A stretch of 64,000 nucleotides of DNA from an uncultured archaeon (GCA_964486045.1 CAZALK010000005.1:128001-192000), one strand, 5' to 3'. Positions 1 through 9,323 are shown, numbered from the stretch's first letter. The notes: generated by a model not told the origin, from the letters alone. A program made the numbers and translations.

Positions 1-378
1 TTTGATATTTTGATATTCCATAAATTCTTTAGTAAATTTCGCATTGACCGGTAATCCTGAGACATCTTCTATATTTATAAAATTAAATTTCTCTATTTGT
101 TTTATCCACCAAGAAATTGTGTTTGTATCAACTTTTTGAAGGATATCTAGATGAGAATCTATCCCTGTTCTACACCATTCATGTGTGTTTGTAATAAAGT
201 TTCTATCCCCGTTGAAAAGGAACAATGAAACCCTATCCGCCCCCGACAAAAAGCCTAAATCTTGGAGTGAAGAATTTATGGCCTCATCAAGATCAATTTT
301 TCCAACAAATCTAGAAGAAATTGAAGATATAATCTTTTCGACATTTAATCTTTTCTCTAACGACACCTTGAAATTCAC
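1..378 (-). CDS. N-terminal part of a GAF-domain sensor protein (probable histidine kinase), runs off the window start
   Basis: Manual translation of the minus strand gives an open frame VNFKVSLEKRLNVEKIISSISSRF...GADRVSLFLF...TNTHEWCRTGID...WWIKQIEK...IEDVSGLP...QNIK, a typical sensor-kinase GAF pattern (NTHEWC). Not in the ORF track. Confidence 0.75.
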   Translation of the reverse strand, partial: MNFKVSLEKRLNVEKIISSISSRFVGKIDLDEAINSSLQDLGFLSGADRVSLFLFNGDRNFITNTHEWCRTGIDSHLDILQKVDTNTISWWIKQIEKFNFINIEDVSGLPVNAKFTKEFMEYQNIK

Positions 379-552
379 ACGCAGAAAATTTAAATTCTAG
401 CTCCTGATAGTGAGTAGAATTTATTCTAATAACCCTATTTCTGAAAGTAAGATTATTTAGAGAAATTTAAATTTTTGTAAAGCAAAATTATAACGAAACA
501 AAAGAAAGAGAAGTTTAAGTTTATTTGAAAATTTTTTATTTATGAAAAAATG

Positions 553-794
553 ATCTAAAAAATTTTCGATTAGGGAATTCGGTTCAATTTGCTTTTACCT
601 GTCCAACCACAAAAAACAATCGGAACCGTTGCAATAGCAGAAAAATGGACTTCTAATATGGTAATATCTACTGGATTTGGGATCTCTGCTTCTATTTAAA
701 TATTACTATCGGTTTTTTTATTGGTTTAGTTATTTATCTCTTATTTAAAGCAAAAATTGAAGGAAATCAGAACTTAAATGAAAAACAGATCTAA
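553..794 (+). pseudogene. Collapsed remnant of a MOT1-type (putative sulfate/molybdate) transporter gene
   Basis: Three short segments in different frames: KFSIREFG, LPVQPQKTIGTVAIAEKW and LCFYLNITIGFFIGLVIYLLFK. They resemble the N-terminal, PVQPMK and C-terminal motifs of MOT1 transporters. Confidence 0.5.
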
Positions 795-945
795 TTATTG
801 AAAAAATCGTTTTAATTCATTTTTGAAATATTAGGAATATTTCATTAGATTTATTGAAAAATCATTGAATTTTCGATTTCTTTATATTTTAAATCAACAA
901 TTATTTTAAGGTATTATTCAGATATTCATAATAGAACTAATTACG

Positions 946-1653
946 ATGGTGAATTTAATAATGTTTTCTGAAAATGAACTTAACAATATTAAAAGAGAAA
1001 TGGCTAAATTAAAAAATTCTGTTGTTTTGAAGTTATTTACAGATTTCAAAACTCAAGCAGATGGGAGTAAACTTAGAAAATGTATGGCTTGCGAGGGTAC
1101 ATATGAGTTATTAAAAACATTAAGAGAGTTATCTAATGGGAAATTAATTATAAAAGAGTTGTCAACAGAAGAGAATGCTGAAGAAGCTGAAAAATATAAT
1201 ATTTCAAGGATTCCAGCGATATTGTTTGTTGATGAAAATGACCAAGAAATTATTCGATACTTAGCACATCCAACAGGATCTGAATTTGTACCCTTTCTAA
1301 ATAGTATCCAATATTTTTCAGGAGTAAGACCATATTATGCTGATCAAATCATTACTCATCTAAAAAAAATAAAGAAGTCAAAAATGAAGATCTTTATAAC
1401 CCCCACATGCCCATATTGTCCAATGACAGTACCTGTTCTAACACTCTTTGCTATAGTTTCTAAAGGAAAAATATCAGCAGAAGTTATTGATGTTAATTTG
1501 AATCCTGATCTAGGAATGAAATATCAAGTTCAAGGAGTACCTCATACGGTCGTGAATGAAACTGATAATATAATCGGTCAGTTCACTCCTCAAGATTTGT
1601 TAGACAAATTAGTTGGATCAAAAGAAAGAGATTTTGGAGGGATGTATGCATAA
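946..1653 (+). CDS. Protein disulfide oxidoreductase (two thioredoxin folds, AhpF-NTD/PDO type)
   Basis: CMAC and TCPYCP motifs, cis-Pro motifs RIPA and GVPH. Confidence 0.9.
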   Translation: MVNLIMFSENELNNIKREMAKLKNSVVLKLFTDFKTQADGSKLRKCMACEGTYELLKTLRELSNGKLIIKELSTEENAEEAEKYNISRIPAILFVDENDQEIIRYLAHPTGSEFVPFLNSIQYFSGVRPYYADQIITHLKKIKKSKMKIFITPTCPYCPMTVPVLTLFAIVSKGKISAEVIDVNLNPDLGMKYQVQGVPHTVVNETDNIIGQFTPQDLLDKLVGSKERDFGGMYA

Positions 1654-2336
1654 TGTCTTCAGATGATAGATATAAGGAAATTATAAAGACAGAAATGGCT
1701 AAATTAACCAGACCTGTTAATTTAAAGGTTTTTACTTGTAAGGAAAAACAACCAGAGGGAAGCCAAATACGAGAATGCATGGATTGTGGGCAATTTATGG
1801 CTTTACTGAAGGTTTATGAGGAAAATTCAAATGGGATGCTCACAATAGAAGAATTATGTATTGATGACAACCCCGAATTCGCGAAACAATATGATATATC
1901 TCGAGTTCCTACAATTCTATTCATTGACAATGAAGGGAGAGAAGTTATTCGCTATTTAGCATCACCCAAAGCTGGTGAGATTCAACCATTCATTCAAGCG
2001 GTATTTGCTTTCGCAGGAGCACCGAATTATTATGAATCAACAATACGAAAGAACTTAGATCGCATCAAACCATCTACAATAAAGGTAATGATAACAGAAA
2101 CTTGCCCTTACTGTCCACAAGTTGCTACAGTAGTTAATAATTTTGCAATAGCATCGAAAGGAAAAATTAGATCAATTATAATTGATATAACGGCAAATCC
2201 CGACATTGGTCAGTACTATGACGCAGCAGGAGTCCCTTACACAATCATTAATGACCAAAAAACGATTGTAGGTATGGTTGGCGCACCTGAGATATTAAAA
2301 GCATTGATTGGGAGTGATATTCGAGTTCAATATTAA
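1653..2336 (+). CDS. Second protein disulfide oxidoreductase paralogue
   Basis: CMDC and TCPYCP motifs. TAATG stop/start overlap with the upstream paralogue. Confidence 0.9.
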   Translation: MSSDDRYKEIIKTEMAKLTRPVNLKVFTCKEKQPEGSQIRECMDCGQFMALLKVYEENSNGMLTIEELCIDDNPEFAKQYDISRVPTILFIDNEGREVIRYLASPKAGEIQPFIQAVFAFAGAPNYYESTIRKNLDRIKPSTIKVMITETCPYCPQVATVVNNFAIASKGKIRSIIIDITANPDIGQYYDAAGVPYTIINDQKTIVGMVGAPEILKALIGSDIRVQY

Positions 2337-2420
2337 TTCTTTTTTAACTTGTTTAACTCCATTTTTTTCTATGAAGAAAATAATTTATGTATGTATTACT
2401 TATAGAAAGGAGAGGAAAAG

Positions 2421-3365
2421 ATGTTTAACTTTGATATGGAAAGTATTGATTTTGAAAAGACTTATGACCTTATTGTTTTAGGGGGTGGCCCCACAGCAAT
2501 AGGATGTGCTATATATGCCGCAAGGTTTGCAATGGATGTACTTGTTATTGGCAAAATTTTCGGCGGTTTAATAGCAACAACACACATAGTTGAGAATTAT
2601 CCTGCTATAACCTCTGTCAGTGGTCAAGGGTTAATGGAGATGTTCAGAGACCATATGAATTCACTCAAAATACCGTACATATCAGATGAAATAAAAAGTA
2701 TTGAAAGAGTGGACGATCATTTTGAGCTTAATTCATTTTTTCAAAAATTTAAAGCATATTCAATTTGTATTGCCACCGGTTCAGAAAGGAAAAAACTTGG
2801 AGTTCCGGGGGAGGAAGATTATGCTGGAAGGGGTGTGTCTTATTGTGCAACATGTGATGGACCGTTTTATAAAGATAAAGTTGTTTGTGTAATTGGAGGG
2901 AGTGATTCTGCTGCAAAAGAGGCTTTATTCTTATCTCAGAATGTTAAAAAGGTTTATATTATCTACCGTGGAGAAGAAATACGAGCTGAACCGATAAACA
3001 AGCAAAGAGTGTATGATAATGATAAAATTGAAATCATTTATGAAACAAACATTCTTGAAATTAAAGGAGATAATACTGTAAAGTCTGTGATTTTTGATAA
3101 CGGTAAAGAATTTGAGGTGAATGGAGTCTTCATAGAGATAGGGTCGATCCCCAATTCCGAATTAGCAAAAAGAATAGGAGTAAAGACAAATGAGAAAGGA
3201 GAGATCATAATTAATCGTAAATCCGAAACAAACATCCCGGGAATCTTTGCTGCGGGAGATGTAGCGGATGCACCATTTAAACAAGCGATTACAGGTGTAT
3301 CTGAAGGTGTAATTGCTGCTTATTCTGCTTTTGATCATGTTAAAGAAATGAATATTGAATATTAG
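2421..3365 (+). CDS. trxB: Thioredoxin-disulfide reductase
   Basis: GGGP FAD motif, GRGVSYCATCDG active site, GGSDSA, TNIPGIFAAGDV. Confidence 0.95.
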   Translation: MFNFDMESIDFEKTYDLIVLGGGPTAIGCAIYAARFAMDVLVIGKIFGGLIATTHIVENYPAITSVSGQGLMEMFRDHMNSLKIPYISDEIKSIERVDDHFELNSFFQKFKAYSICIATGSERKKLGVPGEEDYAGRGVSYCATCDGPFYKDKVVCVIGGSDSAAKEALFLSQNVKKVYIIYRGEEIRAEPINKQRVYDNDKIEIIYETNILEIKGDNTVKSVIFDNGKEFEVNGVFIEIGSIPNSELAKRIGVKTNEKGEIIINRKSETNIPGIFAAGDVADAPFKQAITGVSEGVIAAYSAFDHVKEMNIEY

Positions 3366-3403
3366 AATTGTTTTCTTAAAAAAAATATAAAAAGAAAAAA
3401 AGT

Positions 3404-3784
3404 TTAATCTATTTTTATATCTATGCTATGGTATTCGGGTTCTTTAAAGGGTACTTCAATCTTTAAAAGCCCTTGATGATAAACTGCTTTTGCCTCTTCT
3501 GGTTTTACTGGACAACATATAGCGTAGGAACCGATATAGATTGTGTCATCGGTTTCTCCTTTGATGAAAAAACTTTCATCATGCATCTTGAGTTTAATTG
3601 AATCCTTCTCTGCTCCAGGTAGTTGTATTTCGATTTTATAAGTCTCACTGTCATCATCAGCCCAAGAACAAATTTCAGGAGACATTAAAAACTTATCTTC
3701 TTTAGATTCTTCTTTAATTTCTTCTATCGCTTCTTCTTTAATTTCTTCTTTCGTTTCTTCTTTGATTTCTTGCATTCTTTTCAC
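3404..3784 (-). CDS. Small heat-shock protein (Hsp20/alpha-crystallin) with acidic repeat N-terminus
   Basis: IQLPG and AKAVYHQGLLKIEVP alpha-crystallin motifs. Confidence 0.85.
   Translation of the reverse strand: MKRMQEIKEETKEEIKEEAIEEIKEESKEDKFLMSPEICSWADDDSETYKIEIQLPGAEKDSIKLKMHDESFFIKGETDDTIYIGSYAICCPVKPEEAKAVYHQGLLKIEVPFKEPEYHSIDIKID
3701..3775 (-). repeat. In-frame imperfect 12-bp tandem repeat encoding (EEIK/EETK/EEAI/EESK)n
   Basis: QEIKEETKEEIKEEAIEEIKEESKED. DNA repeats such as ttcttctttaat occur on the + strand. Confidence 0.8.
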
Positions 3785-3955
3785 TTTAGAGTTTTTTTTT
3801 TAATATAGATTTCTTATTAAACCATCCAAAGTAGCTGATATAAAAGTTCTTTCTATGGTTCATTACAAAAAAGAATTTTTTCACTAAAAGATAAAACCAA
3901 AAACTAGTTTTATTTTTAAATTATAAAAAGATGAAATTTTGTGGAATGGGTACTC

Positions 3956-4897
3956 TTATTGGGGATTTAGTAAATGTGATTCTTTTAATAGTATTTTCAA
4001 AATCTTGTCCCAATATTCTTTAACTTCCCATTCTTGTTTTTTTTTTATTTTTGCAGAGATTTCTTTTAAAATTTCCCTAATTGCGAGTGAACTAAAGTAT
4101 GAGATATTTGGGGCGATTACTGATAACATATATTGTTTTTCTCCAAATCTTTCACGTTCATCTGGAAAAGAATCAAAGAACAGATAACCCTTTTTCTTAA
4201 TATTTTCTATATTTAATAAAATACTCTCAGCTTGGGTTATCTTGTCATGCCCATAAATAGAAGTTGCTGCGTGAAAAAGCTGTTTCCCAATTGTTCTTGT
4301 TGAAAAATGACATAATTCATCAGAAGGATAACTATCCTTCAATCCAGGACCGGTAATATCGTCCCAGCATACGTAGAGTAAACAGAAGAAGGACATTTCA
4401 TCTTTAGAAATAGGTTGTTGTAATTCTGTATTGGCAGAAGTGAGGAGCTGCTTAATTTTATCATCAATTAAATCGGATTTTCTACTACGGGCAATTTTTC
4501 CAGATATTGAGGCAATAAGATCCTCCTTGTTAAATGGTTTCGTAATATAATCATCTACTCCTAACATCTTCCCCAATCGAATATCTTCAGGTGTTGATTT
4601 AGCCGTTAGGAATAAAAATGGAACACGATTCCATTGAGAATTGGAGGATACAACAGAAAAAAATTCATAGCCACTCATGTTTGGCATCATAATATCACTT
4701 ATAATAACTTCAGGTATTGTTTCTAGGGTAGTGAGGATATTGAGTGCTTCATCCCCACTATTAGCAGTTACTACTTCATAATTCATTTTTTCGAGCATTA
4801 TTTTGAGATTGAAGAGGATGTCTAAATTATCATCTACAACCAGTAATAATGGTTTACCGTTTGAATTTGACATAGTTTTGATTACGTCTAAACACAA
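3956..4897 (-). CDS. Response regulator: REC domain fused to a C-terminal longin/uDENN-like domain
   Basis: REC motifs VVDD, SDIMMPNMSG, LTAK and YITKPF. C-terminal LLYVCWDDITGP and YLFFDSFPDERERFGEKQYMLSVI. The true start may be the ATG at 4873. Confidence 0.85.
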   Translation of the reverse strand: MCLDVIKTMSNSNGKPLLLVVDDNLDILFNLKIMLEKMNYEVVTANSGDEALNILTTLETIPEVIISDIMMPNMSGYEFFSVVSSNSQWNRVPFLFLTAKSTPEDIRLGKMLGVDDYITKPFNKEDLIASISGKIARSRKSDLIDDKIKQLLTSANTELQQPISKDEMSFFCLLYVCWDDITGPGLKDSYPSDELCHFSTRTIGKQLFHAATSIYGHDKITQAESILLNIENIKKKGYLFFDSFPDERERFGEKQYMLSVIAPNISYFSSLAIREILKEISAKIKKKQEWEVKEYWDKILKILLKESHLLNPQ

Positions 4898-5006
4898 TTC
4901 ACAAAGATCTTCAATATTTTATTGAATCGATCTTATATAAATGAGTTTTTCTATTGTTGATTCCATTTTTAATAATCCGAATATAATTTAAAGTTTGTAC
5001 TAGAGG

Positions 5007-7568
5007 CTATGAAAGTTGAGGTAGAAATAGATTAATTGTTGTTCCTTTTTCTAATTCACTTTCAATGTATATTTTACCTTGATGGGCCTCTATTAAATCT
5101 TTAGCAATAGCTAATCCTAATCCAGTTCCAGTTATTTTATCTACATTACTACCGCGGAAAAATCGTTCAAAAATGTGAGGAATATCTTCTTTTGAGATCC
5201 CACGACCATGATCCTTGAATTGAAAGAGAACTCCCTTATTCCCATCCAAATTATATTCACCTTGATAATTATCTATAGCATTAATTTCTATTTTTGAATT
5301 TTCATTTGAGTATTTTAAAGCATTTTCTATTAGAATTCGAAAAATTTGATCAATCCTTTTTGAATCACCTCGTAGATGAAGATGGTCATCCACCTCGATT
5401 TCAAAATCTATATTCTTTTCCTTGCCTATAGGTTCCATAAGATATAAGATTTCGTTGATTATTTCTAAAGGATTATATTCCTCTCGTTCTATTACTAGCC
5501 TATTTTCATCAATTCTTGAAATTAAAAGTATATCTTCTGCTAATTTATTTAGCAATTGGATGTTTCTTGAGATCCCCTCCATCAATTTTTCTTCTAACTC
5601 CTTATTGAGTGAACTTTTATTCTTAGTAAGATATTCGATTGACATCAACAAAACGGTAATGGGTGTCCTTAATTCATGTGAAACTGTAGAAATTAATTGG
5701 GATATCTTCTGTTCCGCTTTTTTACGTTCTGTAATATCTAATCCGTAAACATTTACATAATCCATATTTTCAACTGGAGTAACAGCTAGAGTATAAGTTC
5801 TGCTATTTAACCTTACTTCGAGTTCCTCGTTTTTCTTAGTAGTTAGAGCAGTATATATTGGTTTTTCTAAAACCCTCGGAATGAGATTATCTTCACTAAT
5901 GTTAAATAATTTCTTACCAATTTTATTAGAATAGATTACTTTTTGGTTATTTACTCTCAATACAGGATTTGGATTTTCAGAAGGAAATTTTGATAAATTA
6001 AGTATCTCCTCTTCTGCTTTTTTACGTTCTATAAAAGTAGCAATCATTTCAGAAATTCCGTTAATTAAAAACCGCTCTTCCTTAAAAAAAGGTCCCTCCT
6101 CAAATTCAAGCCTTTCCTCTAAATATAAAACTTCTATAGCTCCAGTAGTTTTTCCATATTCTCTAATATTAGCTTTTAGTACCCATTTAGTTTCTCTAAA
6201 ATTTGCTGTTGTTAGCTCTTGACCTTTGTAAAAAATTCTCGCACAAGTAATTTCAGGATATTGCCAAGCTGGTGGAAGATATCGTAATGTTTCTTCTAGA
6301 ACTTGCTCTATCGAAATATCTTTTTTTTCAATCAATTTGGAAACATTATAGAAACACGTAAGTTCTTTTACTCTTTCTTTTAAATCGTATTCTCTCTTCT
6401 TTATCTCTTCTTCTGCTTTCTTCAATTCTGTAATTTCTGTTGCGACACTAAGTAAGGAGGGAAATTTTGATTCGTAGTCTTCTATCGGCTGTTCTACTAT
6501 CCAATAAGTTTTTCTACCGACTGGTATGTCGAATGTACGCTGATAAGATCTACTCCTTCCCTCTCTAATTAGCTCTTGGTTACTTTTCATGTATTCATCA
6601 GCTAACTTCTGTGGTAGAACGTCATGAAGTGTTTTTCCTATGAAATCCTCGGGTATTCCACCCAACTCACTAGCAGCTTTTTCATTTACTAATAAATATA
6701 TCCCATTTTCGTCTAGCATTGTGATGCCTGCCCCAGAATGATCAATAATATTTCTTAATTCCAATTCACTTCTCTTGATTTGTCTTAACAATAAATCAAA
6801 TGGTTTTTCGATTCCAATTTGAATTACAGATTTGTACAAAAGGTAGAATGCAATTATTTTAAAGATATGGCCAACTAAATTTGAAAATCCGTAAACATTA
6901 ATATAAAATGTGAAGGCCAATTCTGCGATCATTATTGAGACAATTGAACTAACAATCAGGACTAGAACTTTTTTATCAAATTCTTTCCGATTTCTAATAA
7001 TTAACAAAAGAGAAACAAGCAATACAAGATCAATTACATATTCACTGATGATTTTAAAAGGAGTTAGACCATAGTTTTCAATATAACAGATGGGGAAGAG
7101 ATTATTAAAGATCAATGTTAGTAAGATAATAGTAATAAGAAAATAGGTTACGAGAAGATAAAAGGGATTGATAGTCCTTTTTAATAGAAGCAAAGCAGTT
7201 AAGATAGATCCTGCTTGAAGGTAACGAGCAGCTATCCATAAAGATGTTGGAAGATTTGCATCAAACTCAAGAAAAATCTGCATACCCGTATAAGAAAACG
7301 TATGAATTAAATCAAAAATACCAATAAAAAGAGATGAAACCCCAAGAATTAGAAAAAAGGAGTTTTTCATATATCTCCGAGAGTTCCAACCAACGAAAAA
7401 CACACCTCCTGCGATAATTATGCTGAATATTTCTGCAATGCTATGAAATAATAAATATCTATAAAGACTTGTAATATATACAAGTAGCAACCCCAAAAAT
7501 AAAATTAAATATTCTATTATTTCCGGATTTACATTAAGAGGGAAAGTTCGATTATTATTTTCCGACAT
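5007..7568 (-). CDS. Membrane sensor histidine kinase (MASE3-PAS-GAF-like-PAS-HisKA-HATPase)
   Basis: MASE3-like YLLFHSIAEIFS, DLIHTFSY and LWIAARY. SHELRTP H-box, ENALKY N-box, DHGRGI, FERFFR, GTGLGL. Confidence 0.92.
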   Translation of the reverse strand: MSENNNRTFPLNVNPEIIEYLILFLGLLLVYITSLYRYLLFHSIAEIFSIIIAGGVFFVGWNSRRYMKNSFFLILGVSSLFIGIFDLIHTFSYTGMQIFLEFDANLPTSLWIAARYLQAGSILTALLLLKRTINPFYLLVTYFLITIILLTLIFNNLFPICYIENYGLTPFKIISEYVIDLVLLVSLLLIIRNRKEFDKKVLVLIVSSIVSIMIAELAFTFYINVYGFSNLVGHIFKIIAFYLLYKSVIQIGIEKPFDLLLRQIKRSELELRNIIDHSGAGITMLDENGIYLLVNEKAASELGGIPEDFIGKTLHDVLPQKLADEYMKSNQELIREGRSRSYQRTFDIPVGRKTYWIVEQPIEDYESKFPSLLSVATEITELKKAEEEIKKREYDLKERVKELTCFYNVSKLIEKKDISIEQVLEETLRYLPPAWQYPEITCARIFYKGQELTTANFRETKWVLKANIREYGKTTGAIEVLYLEERLEFEEGPFFKEERFLINGISEMIATFIERKKAEEEILNLSKFPSENPNPVLRVNNQKVIYSNKIGKKLFNISEDNLIPRVLEKPIYTALTTKKNEELEVRLNSRTYTLAVTPVENMDYVNVYGLDITERKKAEQKISQLISTVSHELRTPITVLLMSIEYLTKNKSSLNKELEEKLMEGISRNIQLLNKLAEDILLISRIDENRLVIEREEYNPLEIINEILYLMEPIGKEKNIDFEIEVDDHLHLRGDSKRIDQIFRILIENALKYSNENSKIEINAIDNYQGEYNLDGNKGVLFQFKDHGRGISKEDIPHIFERFFRGSNVDKITGTGLGLAIAKDLIEAHQGKIYIESELEKGTTINLFLPQLS

Positions 7569-7621
7569 TTTGCTATATAAAGCTCATCTATAAATTAATA
7601 ATTTTTCCCATCGAAAATCGT

Positions 7622-8161
7622 TTAAGTGATTGTAGTCTTCTCAAAAATTGCATATATTGAGGTTTTAAATAATGAATATGTAAAATTCGGTGGTATTTTC
7701 TCTTTTATTTTTTTTATAAATTTATCAATGATTATCTCATTTAATTCTTGATTAAATTTTAGGTCTGGATCATATTTATGGAGAAAAATTGAAAAATCAA
7801 TATTCTTACGTTTTTGTATTGATTTTATTACCTTTTCCAAGTACTCAATTGCATGAACATACCTTTTTACATCTTGAATATCAATAACATATATTATTTT
7901 ACTAGTGTCATCAAAGAATTTGGATGTTTGGTTAATATAATCCCCACGGTATGCTTTTTGTCCACTAAGATCCCAAATGACATACTTCAAATTCAAAGCT
8001 TCAAAATTTTCTATATCTGGCTCTCTAGTGGGAACTATTGAATTAAAAATAGATAGGTTCTTAATTCCTTGTAAACATTTTGATATTGATGTTTTTCCAC
8101 TATTAGCTAATCCAATCATTAAGATTTTTTTTGATTTTTCAGAAGTTTTTGAAATAGTCAT
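7622..8161 (-). CDS. Small Ras-superfamily GTPase, Rag/Gtr1- or Arf-like (eukaryotic signature protein)
   Basis: G1 GLANSGKTS, G2 PT, G3 WDLSGQ, G4 HKYD (Rag-type His), G5 TSI. No C-terminal roadblock domain. Confidence 0.88.
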   Translation of the reverse strand: MTISKTSEKSKKILMIGLANSGKTSISKCLQGIKNLSIFNSIVPTREPDIENFEALNLKYVIWDLSGQKAYRGDYINQTSKFFDDTSKIIYVIDIQDVKRYVHAIEYLEKVIKSIQKRKNIDFSIFLHKYDPDLKFNQELNEIIIDKFIKKIKEKIPPNFTYSLFKTSIYAIFEKTTIT

Positions 8162-8216
8162 AGTTAATCAAAATAAGGCGTTATTTACATAGAGTTTATA
8201 ATTTTCTTTTAAGATC

Positions 8217-8552
8217 TTAAGATAAAGTATCATAGATGTCTTGATCTCTTATATGCTTAAATTTTTTTTTATTAATATCCAGTGCAATTGTATTTATTGT
8301 CTTTATGAGGTTAAGAATTTCATTATTTTCAATTTTGTAGTATTTGATATTATCTCTTTTCTCAAAGTCGATGAAATTATTCTCTATTAGCATATTTAGA
8401 TGTTTAGAAATTGTTGATTGAGATCTGTCCAAAGCTAACTTAATTTCTAAGGCAGTTTTTTCACTGTTCTGTAAAAGACTTATTATATCTAATCTTGTTG
8501 GATCACCAAGTACCTTCAAGAACTCAACAGTGTATTTTCGTAATTCGCTCAT
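8217..8552 (-). CDS. ArsR/SmtB family transcriptional regulator
   Basis: KVLGDPTRLDII and SQSTISKHL motifs. Confidence 0.9.
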   Translation of the reverse strand: MSELRKYTVEFLKVLGDPTRLDIISLLQNSEKTALEIKLALDRSQSTISKHLNMLIENNFIDFEKRDNIKYYKIENNEILNLIKTINTIALDINKKKFKHIRDQDIYDTLS

Positions 8553-8682
8553 TCAACCGTAACACCATTTTATGAGATAATTCTTTTTTTTGGCTTTTAA
8601 ACCTTATTTTAATGGATTATTAATTGTTCCTTATTAATACGAAAATCACAAAGATTTAAATATTATATTATCGTAATACAAC

Positions 8683-8704
8683 TATATCGTCATATCGCGA
8701 TATA
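8683..8704. promoter_or_regulatory. Inverted repeat TATATCG-N8-CGATATA, putative operator between divergent arsR and lrp
   Basis: tatatcg tcatatcg cgatata, overlapping a perfect palindrome atatcgcgatat (8692-8703). Confidence 0.5.
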
Positions 8705-8746
8705 TGAATATCACTTTTAATTTAAATCTAAAAAGAGATAAAAAAA

Positions 8747-9217
8747 ATGATTAGTGAAAAAATTGGAATAGATTCTATCGATTGTCAGATAATGGATTTA
8801 ATTCAAAAGTCTCCAAATCTCACACATACTGAAATTGCTACACATGTAAACCGTAGTCAACCTACAGTTGGTATGCGGATTAGGAAACTTGAGAAATTAG
8901 GTGTTTTAAAGTACCAGGCAGGAATTAATATTAGGATTGCAAATCTTTGTTTTGCTAGAGTAGAACTTCAGACTAAAAATCCAAAAAAGGCAATAGAGAT
9001 TGTTAACCGCTGTCCTAATATGATTAACGCGCTTAAATTGAGCGGAAGTACAAATCTAAGCATTTTATTAGCTGGTACAAATTATAAACTCCTCGATGAT
9101 ATTGTTAATGTATATTTTAGAGATGATCCTGATGTTATACACGTCCATATTGATATAATTGAAGATGTTGTCAATGATTTCGTTTTACCGATTGATTATA
9201 ATCTTGTAGCTGGATAA
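8747..9217 (+). CDS. Lrp/AsnC family regulator (paralogue 1)
   Basis: DSIDCQIM...THTEIA...SQPTVGMRIRKLE HTH plus RAM domain. Confidence 0.9.
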   Translation: MISEKIGIDSIDCQIMDLIQKSPNLTHTEIATHVNRSQPTVGMRIRKLEKLGVLKYQAGINIRIANLCFARVELQTKNPKKAIEIVNRCPNMINALKLSGSTNLSILLAGTNYKLLDDIVNVYFRDDPDVIHVHIDIIEDVVNDFVLPIDYNLVAG

Positions 9218-9323
9218 TATGATTAAATAAAATGCTAAATTTTTCATCATACATTATTGAGTTAAAAATAAATCTGGATTACTAACAATCAGATAAATTT
9301 TATTTTTGCTAAATTATTATGTT

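Noticed and set aside
185-400. 71-aa plus-strand ORF
   Set aside because: Antisense shadow of the minus-strand GAF-domain gene (1..378), which has recognisable motifs.
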